Shown: positions 49,152-60,094 of the stretch, one piece after another | Layout: every line of letters starts with the position of its first letter | How positions within the stretch are numbered: position 1 is the stretch's first letter | Assembly (NCBI GenBank): GCA_964529175.1 | Contig: CAZGVO010000012.1 | Coordinates: 12,757 to 76,756 of the forward strand | From: an uncultured Bifidobacterium sp. | Lineage (GTDB): Bacteria > Bacteroidota > Bacteroidia > UKL13-3 | DNA length: 64,000 bases | Direction of reading: 5' to 3' | Notes under the pieces: model-generated | Told to the model about the DNA's origin: nothing | The model's input: the letters and a program-made list of their open reading frames with translations, nothing else | Databases searched by the model: none | Translations under genes and position numbers: made by a program

Positions 49152-50312
49152 ATGACTCATTTAAACAATTTGAAATCAATAAACTACACCATTAAAACTG
49201 CCCTTTTAACGATAGTGTTTTCTATCGTTTCAGTCATTTCTTTCGCAAATCAACCTGTAACTAGCGAACATACTGATTCTACAGCAGCTACCGTTGAAAA
49301 CGAACATTCGACTGCTGCCCACGCAGAAGGTACACATGAGGAAAATCATGGTGAGGAAAAATTTGATGCTAACAAAACCATTATGGAGCATATTGCCGAT
49401 GCTCACGATTGGCATTTATTTGGACATACCAGTATTCATTTACCAGTAATTATTTATACAGATAAAGGGTTAGAAACTTTTTCGAGTGGCAAATTTAACC
49501 ATGGTCATGATGTATTTAAAGGTAACTACACTTATAAACTAGTTCACGAAAAAATTAAAGTTGTAAACGAAGCAGGCGAAGTAGATGAAGAAGCGAGCAA
49601 AAAAGTATTAGACTTTTCTATTACTAAAAATGTTGCAACTTTATTTATTGCAGTAATAGGTTTATTATTAATATTCTTAACTGTAGCTAAAGGTTACAGC
49701 AAAAGAGGAATCGGTGCTCCTAAAGGCTTACAAAGCTGGATTGAACCAATCATTATTTTTGTTCGTGACGATATTGCTAAGCCAAACTTAGGTGATAAAT
49801 ACCAAAAGTTTATGCCTTATTTATTAACTGTTTTCTTCTTTATTTGGTTCATTAACGTAATTGGTTTAATTCCGTTTTTTCCAGGAGGAGCTAACGTAAC
49901 AGGTAATATAGCAGTAACCTTAGTGTTAGCAGTAATTACTTTCTTAATAACTAATTTTAACGGTAACAAAAACTACTGGGGACATATTTTTACGCCTCAC
50001 GTGCCACTTTGGTTATACCCATTAATGATTCCAGTAGAAATTATTGGTATCTTCACAAAACCTTTCGCTTTAATGATTCGTTTGTTTGCAAACATTACAG
50101 CAGGACATATTTTAGTGCTAAGCTTAGTTTGTTTAGCATTCATCTTTAAATCGTATGCAGTAGGTGCAGTAGCAACTCCTCTTATCGTATTTATTAGCGC
50201 TATTGAATTATTGGTTGCTTTTATCCAAGCATTTATATTCACTATTTTGTCGGCCTTATTTATTGGAATGGCCGTTCAAGAACCTGAACATGGCGAGGAA
50301 GCACACCACTAA
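49152..50312 (+). CDS. atpB: F0F1 ATP synthase subunit a
   Basis: Start moved to MTHLNN. Conserved C-terminal helices with the essential Arg (…MIRLFANITAGHIL…). Confidence 0.85.
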   Translation: MTHLNNLKSINYTIKTALLTIVFSIVSVISFANQPVTSEHTDSTAATVENEHSTAAHAEGTHEENHGEEKFDANKTIMEHIADAHDWHLFGHTSIHLPVIIYTDKGLETFSSGKFNHGHDVFKGNYTYKLVHEKIKVVNEAGEVDEEASKKVLDFSITKNVATLFIAVIGLLLIFLTVAKGYSKRGIGAPKGLQSWIEPIIIFVRDDIAKPNLGDKYQKFMPYLLTVFFFIWFINVIGLIPFFPGGANVTGNIAVTLVLAVITFLITNFNGNKNYWGHIFTPHVPLWLYPLMIPVEIIGIFTKPFALMIRLFANITAGHILVLSLVCLAFIFKSYAVGAVATPLIVFISAIELLVAFIQAFIFTILSALFIGMAVQEPEHGEEAHH

Positions 50313-50352
50313 TCAATAAAAAATAAATTTTAAAAATTTCAAACTAAACTAA

Positions 50353-50580
<228 letters not shown>

Positions 50581-50596
50581 TTAATTAGTACCCCAA

Positions 50597-50630
50597 AAAG
50601 CCCGGTTGTTTTTAAATCGGGCTTTATTTT
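50597..50630 (+). terminator. intra-operon hairpin (partial terminator/attenuator) after atpE
   Basis: aaagcccgg-ttgtttttaaat-cgggcttt followed by a T-rich tract. Confidence 0.5.
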
Positions 50631-50663
50631 ATTTGAAAAAACTTTTATAAAATTATATATACA

Positions 50664-51158
50664 ATGGATTTAGTAACCCCAAGTATTGGTTTGATTTTTT
50701 GGAGTTCGATAGCATTTTTTATACTATTTTTTGTATTAACAAAATTTGCTTGGAAACCAATTACCAAAACCCTTAAAGAAAGAGAAGATAGTATTGATGA
50801 GGCTTTAAAATCGGCCGAAACCGCTCGTTTACAGTTGGAAAGTTTAAAAACTGATAACCAACGTTTATTAAACGAAGCTCGTGCTGAGCGTGATAAGTTA
50901 TTAAAAGAAGCTAACGAAATTAAGGATCAAATTTTAGCTAAAGCTAAAAGTGATGCTAAAAACGAAGGCGATAAAATGATAGCTGCAGCTAAAGAAGCAA
51001 TTGAAATGGAGAAAGTAAATGCCATGAACCAATTGAAAACTCAAGTTGCTAATCTTTCAGTTGATTTAGCTGAAAAAATATTACGTAACAAAATGGAAGA
51101 CAGAAGCCAACAAGAGGTTTTTGTAAATGAAAGTTTAAAAAATATAACACTGAACTAG
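50664..51158 (+). CDS. atpF: F0F1 ATP synthase subunit b
   Basis: Single N-terminal TM followed by a long charged coiled-coil. Confidence 0.85.
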   Translation: MDLVTPSIGLIFWSSIAFFILFFVLTKFAWKPITKTLKEREDSIDEALKSAETARLQLESLKTDNQRLLNEARAERDKLLKEANEIKDQILAKAKSDAKNEGDKMIAAAKEAIEMEKVNAMNQLKTQVANLSVDLAEKILRNKMEDRSQQEVFVNESLKNITLN

Positions 51159-51159
51159 T

Positions 51160-51711
51160 ATGTCGGATTTTAGAGTAGCCAGTCGTTATGCAAAGTCATT
51201 AGTTGATTTAGCTATTGAACAAAACCTGCTAGATGTAGTTTGTGCGGATATGAAATTATTTAAACAAACTATTGAACAAAATCAATCACTTGAAAACTTG
51301 CTTAAAAGCCCAGTTATTAAAGGTGACAAAAAATTAGCAGTTATTACTCAAATTTTTGCTAGTTCATTTAATAAATTAACTTTTTCGTTTATAGCTATTA
51401 TAGTGCGCAAACAACGCGAAATGATATTGGTATCAATTTGTGAAGCAGTTATAGCTCAATATAATGAAATAAATAAAATTGCTACTGCTTCGGTTAAAAC
51501 CGCAGTAGAAGCTTCAGCTGAAATTAAAGCTGAAATTCAAAACTTTTTACAACAACAAAGTGGTAAAAACGTAGAACTTAAAATGCATGTTGATCCATCA
51601 TTAATTGGTGGAATTATGATACAAATGGAAGACCGTTTGTATGATGCAAGTATTTCGGGTAGCCTACGTAAAGCCAAACAACAGTTATTAAACACATATA
51701 TCTCAAAATAA
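51160..51711 (+). CDS. atpH: F0F1 ATP synthase subunit delta
   Basis: OSCP-like; position between atpF and atpA. Confidence 0.8.
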   Translation: MSDFRVASRYAKSLVDLAIEQNLLDVVCADMKLFKQTIEQNQSLENLLKSPVIKGDKKLAVITQIFASSFNKLTFSFIAIIVRKQREMILVSICEAVIAQYNEINKIATASVKTAVEASAEIKAEIQNFLQQQSGKNVELKMHVDPSLIGGIMIQMEDRLYDASISGSLRKAKQQLLNTYISK

Positions 51712-51724
51712 ACAAAAATTAATT

Positions 51725-53302
51725 ATGGTAGAGATTAGACCTGACGAAGTATCAGCAATTATCAGAGAGCAATTAAGCAACTTTAAATCGGATGCTGAAT
51801 TACAAGAAGTAGGAACGGTACTTCAAGTGGGCGATGGTATTGCCCGTATTTATGGATTAACTAAAGTTCAATCTGGAGAGTTAATCGAATTTGCAAATGG
51901 TGTACAAGCAATTGTATTAAATTTGGAAGAAGATAACGTTGGAGCTGTATTATTAGGCTCAAGCGATTCAATTATAGAAGGTGATACCGTAAAAAGAACC
52001 GGTAGAATTGCATCTATTAAAGTAGGTGAAGGAATGGTTGGCCGTGTAGTTAACACAATTGGAAATCCTATTGATGGAAAAGGTCCAATTGCTGGCGATT
52101 TATACGACATGCCTTTAGAACGTAAAGCTCCTGGGGTAATTTACCGCGAGCCTGTAAAAGAACCATTACAAACTGGTATCAAAGCTATTGACGCTATGAT
52201 TCCAATTGGACGTGGTCAACGTGAGTTAGTTATTGGTGACCGTCAAACTGGTAAAACAGCAGTTTGTATTGATACCATTATTAACCAAAAAGAATTTTAT
52301 GAAGCTGGTAACCCAGTTTATTGTATTTATGTTGCTATTGGTCAAAAAGCATCTACAGTTGCACAAATTGTAAGTACTTTAGAAGCTAATGGTGCTATGA
52401 AATATACTACTGTAGTTGCTGCTACTTCATCTGATCCAGCTCCAATGCAGTTTTATGCTCCAATGGCTGGTGCTGCTATAGGTGAGTTTTTCCGCGATTC
52501 AGGAAGACCTGCTTTAGTTGTTTATGATGATTTATCAAAGCAAGCAGTAGCTTACCGTGAGGTATCATTATTATTACGCAGACCTCCAGGACGTGAGGCA
52601 TACCCGGGTGACGTATTTTACTTACATAGCCGCTTATTAGAGCGTGCTGCTAAAATTAACGCTACCGATTCTATTGCACAAGCAATGAATGATATTCCGG
52701 ATTCAATCAAACATTTGGTTAAAGGTGGTGGATCATTAACTGCATTACCAATCATTGAAACACAAGCTGGTGACGTATCTGCATACATTCCAACTAACGT
52801 AATTTCAATTACTGATGGACAAATTTTCTTAGAGTCGAATTTATTTAACTCTGGTATTCGTCCAGCTATTAACGTAGGTATTTCGGTATCGCGTGTGGGT
52901 GGTAATGCTCAAATTAAATCAATGAAAAAAGTTGCTGGTACTTTAAAATTAGACCAAGCTCAATACCGCGAGTTAGAGGCTTTCTCTAAATTTGGTTCTG
53001 ACTTAGATGCTGCAACTAAAGCTGTATTGGCAAAAGGTGCTCGTAACGTAGAGATTTTGAAACAAGGTCAATTCTCGCCATTACGTGTTGATCAACAAGT
53101 AGCTATTATTTATTTAGGAACAAAAGGTTTATTAAGCAATGTTCCTGTAAATAAAGTACGTGAATTCGAAGCTGAGTTTTTAAGTTATATGGAAAATAAA
53201 CATAAAAACACGTTAGATGATTTGAAAAAAGGATTATCTGATGAAGCGGCTGCAACACTTGAAAAAGTTTGTAAAGAATTATCAGCAAAATATTTAGGTT
53301 AA
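51725..53302 (+). CDS. atpA: F0F1 ATP synthase subunit alpha
   Basis: Walker A GDRQTGKT, strongly conserved alpha-subunit sequence. Confidence 0.95.
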   Translation: MVEIRPDEVSAIIREQLSNFKSDAELQEVGTVLQVGDGIARIYGLTKVQSGELIEFANGVQAIVLNLEEDNVGAVLLGSSDSIIEGDTVKRTGRIASIKVGEGMVGRVVNTIGNPIDGKGPIAGDLYDMPLERKAPGVIYREPVKEPLQTGIKAIDAMIPIGRGQRELVIGDRQTGKTAVCIDTIINQKEFYEAGNPVYCIYVAIGQKASTVAQIVSTLEANGAMKYTTVVAATSSDPAPMQFYAPMAGAAIGEFFRDSGRPALVVYDDLSKQAVAYREVSLLLRRPPGREAYPGDVFYLHSRLLERAAKINATDSIAQAMNDIPDSIKHLVKGGGSLTALPIIETQAGDVSAYIPTNVISITDGQIFLESNLFNSGIRPAINVGISVSRVGGNAQIKSMKKVAGTLKLDQAQYRELEAFSKFGSDLDAATKAVLAKGARNVEILKQGQFSPLRVDQQVAIIYLGTKGLLSNVPVNKVREFEAEFLSYMENKHKNTLDDLKKGLSDEAAATLEKVCKELSAKYLG

Positions 53303-53388
53303 TAATAGTAAAAAGTTGATAGGTTGATTAGTAAATAAGGTATTACTTTATTTCTAATCAACTTATTAACCAATCAACTAATTAAAAA

Positions 53389-54270
53389 ATGGCAAATTTA
53401 AAAGAAGTTAGAATAAGAATTACATCGGTTACTTCAACGCAACAAATTACCAAAGCTATGAAATTAGTTTCGGCAACTAAATTGCGTAGAGCACAAAATG
53501 CGATTACTTTAATGCGCCCTTATGCTGCAAAGTTGAATGGCATTTTAAGCAATTTGTCTGATAGCATTGATGTTGATTCTTTAAAAGTATATTTTGATGC
53601 ACGTCCTGTAAAAAACGTGTTACTAGTTGTTATTACTAGCGATAGAGGTTTATGTGGTTCATTTAACGCAAACGTTATAAAAATGGCCAACAAAACCATC
53701 AACGAAAAATATGCAGAGCAAAAAGCTAACGGTGGTGTTAGTGTAATGGGTATTGGTAAAAAAGGTCATGAGTATTTTTCAAAACAAGCCGTTAATTACA
53801 TTGATAGCTTTAAAGATTCATTGTTAACTGCTAACTCAGAAACTGGATTTGCTATTGGAGAATACATTTTAAATGGTTACACATCAGGTAAGTTTGATGC
53901 TGTAGAAATAGTTTATAATCAATTTAAAAATGCTGCTACTCAAATTTTAAGTGCAGAGCAGTTTTTACCAATTGACACTGCTACTTTAGCTACTGAAAGT
54001 GTTAAGAAAAATGATTATATATTTGAACCTAACAAGGAAGAGATTTTATTAGAATTGATTCCTCGCATTTTAAAAACACAAGTTTTTAGATGTATGTTAG
54101 ATTCATTAGCTTCTGAACATGGTGCTCGTATGATTGCTATGGATAAAGCTACTGATAACGCTGGTGAATTATTGAAATCATTAAAAATTGAATACAATAG
54201 AGTTCGTCAAGCGGCTATTACAACCGAAATTTCGGAAATTGTTGGTGGAGCTGCTGCTTTAAGCGCTTAA
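53389..54270 (+). CDS. atpG: F0F1 ATP synthase subunit gamma
   Basis: Conserved N- and C-terminal helices (MANLKEVRIRITSV… / …ITTEISEIVGGAAAL). Confidence 0.9.
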   Translation: MANLKEVRIRITSVTSTQQITKAMKLVSATKLRRAQNAITLMRPYAAKLNGILSNLSDSIDVDSLKVYFDARPVKNVLLVVITSDRGLCGSFNANVIKMANKTINEKYAEQKANGGVSVMGIGKKGHEYFSKQAVNYIDSFKDSLLTANSETGFAIGEYILNGYTSGKFDAVEIVYNQFKNAATQILSAEQFLPIDTATLATESVKKNDYIFEPNKEEILLELIPRILKTQVFRCMLDSLASEHGARMIAMDKATDNAGELLKSLKIEYNRVRQAAITTEISEIVGGAAALSA

Positions 54271-54387
54271 AACTAATAATAACCTTTTATATAAACAGGC
54301 CAATAAGTTTAACTTATTGGCCTGTTTTTGTTGTAACTATTTGTATTAGGTTGGCGTTTAAGGTTCATTATTTAAAAAAATACTATT

Positions 54388-55659
54388 ATGAAACTTAAAT
54401 TTTTACCAATTTTTACATTTTTAAGTTTGGGTGCTTTTGCTCAATCTTTTTTTCCATCAGTTTATGAGTTACCAACCACTGGTTTTGATTTACTAAGAGA
54501 TCAAAATGCAGTTATTTTATCTCAAATTAAAGCTTCTTCAGGAAATGGTTTCGAAAATCAAACATTATTTGAAAGTAGAAAATCTCCCAATACTCCTTAT
54601 TGGGCATTAAATAAAGTTTCTATTTGGGAAAATGCTAAATGGAACACACAAGAGTTGACTACAGATAGTTTTGTATTAAATACCCAAGGAAAGATTACCA
54701 CAGTTTATGAATTGGTAAACTATAATTATACTGGATTTAATTATAATGTAAAAAATAGATATAATTATACTTACGATGCATTGGGAAGGTTAAGTAAAAT
54801 TACTATGGAAACAGCTAATCCTGCAAGTTCTAATAATTATAGAAGTTCTTATTCAATGAATACCATTTATGACATGAATGGTGTTAGGGTATATGATAGT
54901 TTATATAGCTATGCTAATTCCAGTGTTTATATACGAGGTTATGCTTACGATGCTGCTAAAAAATTAATAAATGAATATGCTGTTCAAGGAGTGGACACTA
55001 TTACAAAGGTAACTTATACATATAATGGCAATTTAATTAAACATTCAGTATCGATGAGTTTAAATACTTCATCTGACGAATGGTATGTAGATGCTGCTGA
55101 TACTTTTACATATAGTATTGACAATCAAATAGATGGTAGAGTGTCATGGTCAATGGTTTATACATCGGCTAATAGTGGTACTTTTACACCAACTACCAAC
55201 GAAACTTATAAATACAAAATTGGAAATAAGTTAAGCGAAATAATTTCAAAGCAGTTTATAGATACGGCTTGGAATTTGTCAACTAAAACAATTATTAATT
55301 ACAATGCTGATAATAAAGCCATTGATGGATATATATTTGACTTTGTAAATAACGATTGGAGTAATAATGCTTCGCAAAAATATATTTTTAGTGATGAAAT
55401 AGTTGGACTTAAAGAATCGACATTGAATAACTTACGTGCAAAAATTTATCCAAATCCAGCCGCAGATTATATTGAAATACAAGTTAATCAAACTGAATTT
55501 ACGAGTTATGAGTTAATTGATATTTCGGGTAAAACGGTGATGGCAGGAGAGGTTTTAAATAAATTAGATATTAGTAATTTAGAAACAGGCATTTATTTTA
55601 TGAAAATAATAAATTTAAAAACCAATCAGTGTATTACTCAAAAAATAATTAAGCAATAA
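54388..55659 (+). CDS. secreted protein with T9SS type A C-terminal sorting domain
   Basis: Signal peptide; CTD KIYPNPAADYIEIQV…GIYFMKIINLKTNQCITQKIIKQ. Confidence 0.6.
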   Translation: MKLKFLPIFTFLSLGAFAQSFFPSVYELPTTGFDLLRDQNAVILSQIKASSGNGFENQTLFESRKSPNTPYWALNKVSIWENAKWNTQELTTDSFVLNTQGKITTVYELVNYNYTGFNYNVKNRYNYTYDALGRLSKITMETANPASSNNYRSSYSMNTIYDMNGVRVYDSLYSYANSSVYIRGYAYDAAKKLINEYAVQGVDTITKVTYTYNGNLIKHSVSMSLNTSSDEWYVDAADTFTYSIDNQIDGRVSWSMVYTSANSGTFTPTTNETYKYKIGNKLSEIISKQFIDTAWNLSTKTIINYNADNKAIDGYIFDFVNNDWSNNASQKYIFSDEIVGLKESTLNNLRAKIYPNPAADYIEIQVNQTEFTSYELIDISGKTVMAGEVLNKLDISNLETGIYFMKIINLKTNQCITQKIIKQ

Positions 55660-55662
55660 ACA

Positions 55663-55698
55663 AAAAGCCTTTCAATATTAGTATTGAAAGGCTTTTTA
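55663..55698. terminator. bidirectional terminator hairpin
   Basis: aaaagcctttcaatat-tag-tattgaaaggcttttt. Confidence 0.7.
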
Positions 55699-55699
55699 A

Positions 55700-56251
55700 T
55701 TAGGAAACAACTTTGGAAAAAATGAAGGCGTCTTCGTATTTTTCTTTATGAAAATTATAATCCTTAAAGAATGCATCTTTAGTAAACCCACATTGGGTTA
55801 CTACATTGATAGAAGGTTGGTTTTTAGGATTGATTACAGCCTCAATAGAGTGAAAATTAAACTGTTTAAATCCATATTCTACAATAGCATTAACAGCTTC
55901 GGTCATAATTCCTTTTCCATGAAATTTTTCGTTTAATACATAACCAATTTCTGCTCTATGATTGTTAGGATTAATGAATACATAACCTATAACTCCAATA
56001 AGTTGAGTGGTATTTTCTTTTAAAGTAATGGCCCAATTTATTTTAGTTTTAGTAGCTATTCCTTCTTCTATTTGATTAATTACATCCATGGCATCGTCAA
56101 GGTTTTTTGTCATGGGTCTTGGAATAAAATGCATGGTTCTAGGGTTAGAACGTATTTCGAAAATACCTTCTACATCTAATTTATTTACGGGCCTTAATTG
56201 AAGTCTATTGGTTTCAATTGTGGCAAGGGTGTCAAATGCTAAGTTTATCAT
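55700..56251 (-). CDS. GNAT family N-acetyltransferase (RimJ/RimL-like)
   Basis: GNAT fold motifs; IGYVLNEKFHGKGIMTEA acetyl-CoA site. Confidence 0.75.
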   Translation of the reverse strand: MINLAFDTLATIETNRLQLRPVNKLDVEGIFEIRSNPRTMHFIPRPMTKNLDDAMDVINQIEEGIATKTKINWAITLKENTTQLIGVIGYVFINPNNHRAEIGYVLNEKFHGKGIMTEAVNAIVEYGFKQFNFHSIEAVINPKNQPSINVVTQCGFTKDAFFKDYNFHKEKYEDAFIFSKVVS

Positions 56252-56257
56252 AATTGT

Positions 56258-56300
56258 AAAAAAAATAAAGCCAAAACAAATTTTAGGTTTGTTTTGGCTT
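56258..56300 (-). terminator. rho-independent terminator between the M49 peptidase and GNAT genes
   Basis: aagccaaaacaaa-ttttagg-tttgttttggctt, T-run on the minus strand. Confidence 0.7.
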
Positions 56301-56325
56301 TAATATGAAAAATCGTTTTTATAAA

Positions 56326-58416
56326 TTAGTTCATAATTGGTAGGAAGCCGTAACGTTTTCCTAAATCTAATTGATTCTTTAAAAAGTCATTTGGGTATTC
56401 AACTACAACATCAATTACTTTATCACCGTTCATGGTTGGAATTAATTTTGGTTGAATAAATCCTTTGTAAGGAGCCACATTTAATTTGTTAAAACGAGCT
56501 TTTACTTCTTTAAGGAGTTCTTGGTCAACTTTAACGCCATAGGTTTCAACTAACGCTGTAGCTGCTTTATAGTCACCTTCTGATTTTATGCGTTGAATTT
56601 CTTTTAATAATTGACCAAACAAATTACGTAATTTATCATAATCATTAATTTTAACGTAAGTTTTTCCGTCTCTTTTTACAAATTCTATTACATTGTCTTT
56701 TTTACCCATTTCGTAAGCCCATTTAGCATTTAATTGGCGGTTACGCATGTGTGCCTCTTCCAAATTTTCGCCAATATTTAAACGTGTTAATTGAGTAATT
56801 AAACCATTCATAATGTAATTATCGTATTCTGCTTTACCTACTTCTAAGTTAGGCATTACACGCATTTCAACTAATTTTGGATCCATTACATAATATAAAG
56901 CTACTAAATCTGCTCTTGCTTCTTCTAAAGTACTAGCATAATTTTTAAGTGTTTGGTCTGGGTCGCCAATACCTGGATTGATTTGACCACTTGCATGTCC
57001 TATAACTTCGTGCATGTCAGTGTGTAAATCGCCAGCTAGTGCACCAAATTCTCTTGCACGATTCATTTGTGCTTCGTTTTCAGCAAATTCTTTTAACATT
57101 GGGCTTTTTGCACCAACAATATTATAGCTATGAACAATATTGCTTAATGAAACAGATTTACTACCGTGTTTTTGACGAATCCAATTAGCATTTGGAAGGT
57201 TAATTCCAATTGGAGTTGAAGGAGCAGCATCGCCACCTTCTTGAATAACGGTAATTACCTTTGCAGTAATTCCTCTAACTTCTCTTTTTTTATGTTCGTC
57301 AGCTATTGGCGAATTATCCTCAAACCATTGAGCTTGTTCAGCAATAGCAGCAATGCGCTTTGTAGCTTCCATATCTTTCATTGAAACCACACTTTCAAAA
57401 CTTGCACGTTTGCCTATAGCATCGCCATAAACTTCAATAAATCCATTTACTACATCAATTCTGCTATCTACATCTTTTACCCAAGCTATGTTGTAATCGT
57501 CCCAAAGTTTTAATTCCCCTGTTCTATAAAACTCAATTAAAAGGTTTAAAGCATTTCTTTGATTTTCATTTTCAGCTACATTCACCGCTTTTTCTAACCA
57601 ATAAATAATTTTTTCTATTGAGTTGGTGTACATACCTCCTAAACGCCATACTTTTTCAGTAATCTGACCATTTTCTTTAACCATTTTACTGTTCAATCCC
57701 CATGAAACTGGAGTTGGGTCATCTTTACTAATTTTAGTAGCATAAAATGCCTCCACTTCTTTTTGAGTTACGCCTTCGTAAAAATTATTTGATGATGCTT
57801 TAACGTTATCAATTCCTGAAGCTAGGTCAACAATTTTATTTTCGAATTTTATATCAAATACAATAGGTTTTATAAATTTTAAAAAATCATCAACTGATTT
57901 GCCGTTTAGGGGTAAATCTTTTGAATTGCAAGATTTTACTAAACCTGAAAAATATTCAAAACTGCATTCAGGCACAAATTTTAAATTAGAATAATGGTGG
58001 TGAATTCCATTTGAAAAGAAAACACGTTTAGCATAAGTTTCAAACTTTTTGTAGTTAGCATTTTGTTTGTCGCCACGGTAGCTTTGTAAAATAGCTTCTA
58101 ATGTTTTTCTAACTGTTAAATTATAACGGTATTTTTGGTCATAAATAATGTCTCTACCAGCATTAGCAGCTTCATACAAGTAATAAGCTAATTCTTTTTG
58201 TTGAGGAGTTAACTCGTTAAAACCTTCAATTTGATAACGCAAAATTTGCAAATCGGCAAAGCGATCGCACTCTACTTCAAATCCATTTTCGGCTTGAGCA
58301 TTTTTTGATTCAATCATTTTATGTTGATGGTTTTGGGCATAGCTAGTTAGCACAAGGCTTGAACTTGTAGCTATGGTAGCAATAATGGTTTTTATTTTCA
58401 TTTTAGTTATTTTCAA
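56326..58416 (-). CDS. dipeptidyl-peptidase III-like M49 metallopeptidase
   Basis: Signal peptide; zinc motifs HEVIGH and EEARAD (M49 HExxGH…EExRAE/D). Confidence 0.65.
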   Translation of the reverse strand: MKITKMKIKTIIATIATSSSLVLTSYAQNHQHKMIESKNAQAENGFEVECDRFADLQILRYQIEGFNELTPQQKELAYYLYEAANAGRDIIYDQKYRYNLTVRKTLEAILQSYRGDKQNANYKKFETYAKRVFFSNGIHHHYSNLKFVPECSFEYFSGLVKSCNSKDLPLNGKSVDDFLKFIKPIVFDIKFENKIVDLASGIDNVKASSNNFYEGVTQKEVEAFYATKISKDDPTPVSWGLNSKMVKENGQITEKVWRLGGMYTNSIEKIIYWLEKAVNVAENENQRNALNLLIEFYRTGELKLWDDYNIAWVKDVDSRIDVVNGFIEVYGDAIGKRASFESVVSMKDMEATKRIAAIAEQAQWFEDNSPIADEHKKREVRGITAKVITVIQEGGDAAPSTPIGINLPNANWIRQKHGSKSVSLSNIVHSYNIVGAKSPMLKEFAENEAQMNRAREFGALAGDLHTDMHEVIGHASGQINPGIGDPDQTLKNYASTLEEARADLVALYYVMDPKLVEMRVMPNLEVGKAEYDNYIMNGLITQLTRLNIGENLEEAHMRNRQLNAKWAYEMGKKDNVIEFVKRDGKTYVKINDYDKLRNLFGQLLKEIQRIKSEGDYKAATALVETYGVKVDQELLKEVKARFNKLNVAPYKGFIQPKLIPTMNGDKVIDVVVEYPNDFLKNQLDLGKRYGFLPIMN

Positions 58417-59206
58417 TTATTAACTTTTGGGTATAAATGTTATTGTTTCTATCCGAAATTTGCAGCAAGTAAATACCTTTTTGCAAATTGGCTACATTTA
58501 TTTTATTAGTGGTAAATTCCTTTGATTCGCTAATGGTTGCGCCATTTAAACTAATAATTTTGTAAGTATTAATATCAAAATTAGATACTATTTCAAATTC
58601 GGTATTAGCTGGGTTTGGAAAAACAGAAAAAGTAGGTTGTTTGATTAAATTGTTAACTGATGTGTTCGGATTTTCATCAATTCCTTCACTTTCGGTGGCT
58701 AAAGCCAAATCAGCTTCTGTTTCGTAAGCACATTTAATAATATTTAATTGGCTTCCATCTTCACTTACATTTACTAATATCCAAAAATAGTACAATTCTG
58801 GCATGCCAGTAAAAGTCATTCGGCCACCAATGTATTTATTGCCTTTGCCCTTAAAATCAGTATAGTTTAAGTTTGGGCTTTGAATAAATATGCTGTTCGA
58901 TTTCCAAGTAGTTTCGTTGGTAAATGTTTTGTTATTTTTAATTTTTACAGGATAATTATTGCTTCCACTAATAGTTCCAGTAGCTAGGTAAAAGTTATTA
59001 CCGTTTCCAACTCTGCCAGTAATGGTAATAGACCCATTTGCAAAATGATTAAAAGTAATATCGTAAGCGCCATCGCCTGTTACATCTAATTGGTAGTTTG
59101 AGGTTAAACTATCAACTGTGATATTAACTGGTGTTATAAGAATAGTGGCATAACTGCTAGCAGTGCCAATAAGTAAACTTAAAATGGTAAAAAGTTTTTT
59201 CTTCAT
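58403..59206 (-). CDS. secreted protein with T9SS type A C-terminal sorting domain
   Basis: CTD FSVFPNPANTEFEIV…KGIYLLQISDRNNNIYTQKLIIENN; overlaps the downstream peptidase gene by 14 nt. Confidence 0.55.
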   Translation of the reverse strand: MKKKLFTILSLLIGTASSYATILITPVNITVDSLTSNYQLDVTGDGAYDITFNHFANGSITITGRVGNGNNFYLATGTISGSNNYPVKIKNNKTFTNETTWKSNSIFIQSPNLNYTDFKGKGNKYIGGRMTFTGMPELYYFWILVNVSEDGSQLNIIKCAYETEADLALATESEGIDENPNTSVNNLIKQPTFSVFPNPANTEFEIVSNFDINTYKIISLNGATISESKEFTTNKINVANLQKGIYLLQISDRNNNIYTQKLIIENN

Positions 59207-59283
59207 TATTTGTAATGTTTTGATTTGTTTGCGAATTAAATCTAAAAAATGTATTTATAAAATCATCGTAAAAAATACTTGAT

Positions 59284-60006
59284 TTGTGGTTGATGATTGA
59301 TTTAAAATACCGCTCCCAATTAAAAGAATTACTTGATAATGATTTGATTCCTAAAGCAGATTTGTATCAAAATTTAACAGAACTTAATTTCATTAATACT
59401 TGGCTTGGCGGCCATCAGGTAACTATTAAAGGTTTAAATCAATTTAAGTTTGAAAAAGGTAAAGAATATACCATTATTGATATTGGCTGTGGTGGGGGCG
59501 ATAACTTGATATATGTGGCTAAATGGGCCAAAAGAAAAGGTTTTACTTTTAAATTAATAGGGGTAGATTTAAAAGAAGATTGTATAACTTTTGCCAAACA
59601 GCAATGCGTAGATTTTCCTGAAATTAGTTTTATATGCAGCGATTATAGAAATCTTCCTAATTTAAATATTCAGTTCGATATAGCATTGGCATGTTTGTTT
59701 ACGCATCATTTAAAAAATGAAGAAATAAGTGAACTCTTAACTTGGTGTGGAAATAATGCAAGCTTGGGTTTTGTAATAAACGATTTGCATCGAAACATGT
59801 TGGCGTATTATTCCATAGCATGGCTAACAGCTATTTTTAGTAAATCGTATTTAGTAAAAAACGATGCAAAACTTTCTGTGGCTAGAGGGTTTATCAAAAC
59901 CGATTGGAAGCAAATTTTATCCCCAAGCACTGTTATCCAAAATAATGTAAAAATTATTTGGGCTTGGGCCTTTAGATGGTTGCTGGTAGGTAAGAGTAAT
60001 AGTTAG
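59284..60006 (+). CDS. class I SAM-dependent methyltransferase
   Basis: Motif I IIDIGCGGGDNLIYVA; acidic residue after beta-2 (GVDLKED). Confidence 0.65.
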   Translation: MWLMIDLKYRSQLKELLDNDLIPKADLYQNLTELNFINTWLGGHQVTIKGLNQFKFEKGKEYTIIDIGCGGGDNLIYVAKWAKRKGFTFKLIGVDLKEDCITFAKQQCVDFPEISFICSDYRNLPNLNIQFDIALACLFTHHLKNEEISELLTWCGNNASLGFVINDLHRNMLAYYSIAWLTAIFSKSYLVKNDAKLSVARGFIKTDWKQILSPSTVIQNNVKIIWAWAFRWLLVGKSNS

Positions 60007-60094
60007 CTTTTTATGCTTTGTGAGCTAGTGTTAATTATCATATTTTTAATTTTAATGTAATTTCTTTTCATTGTAAATATATAAAAATAAAAAA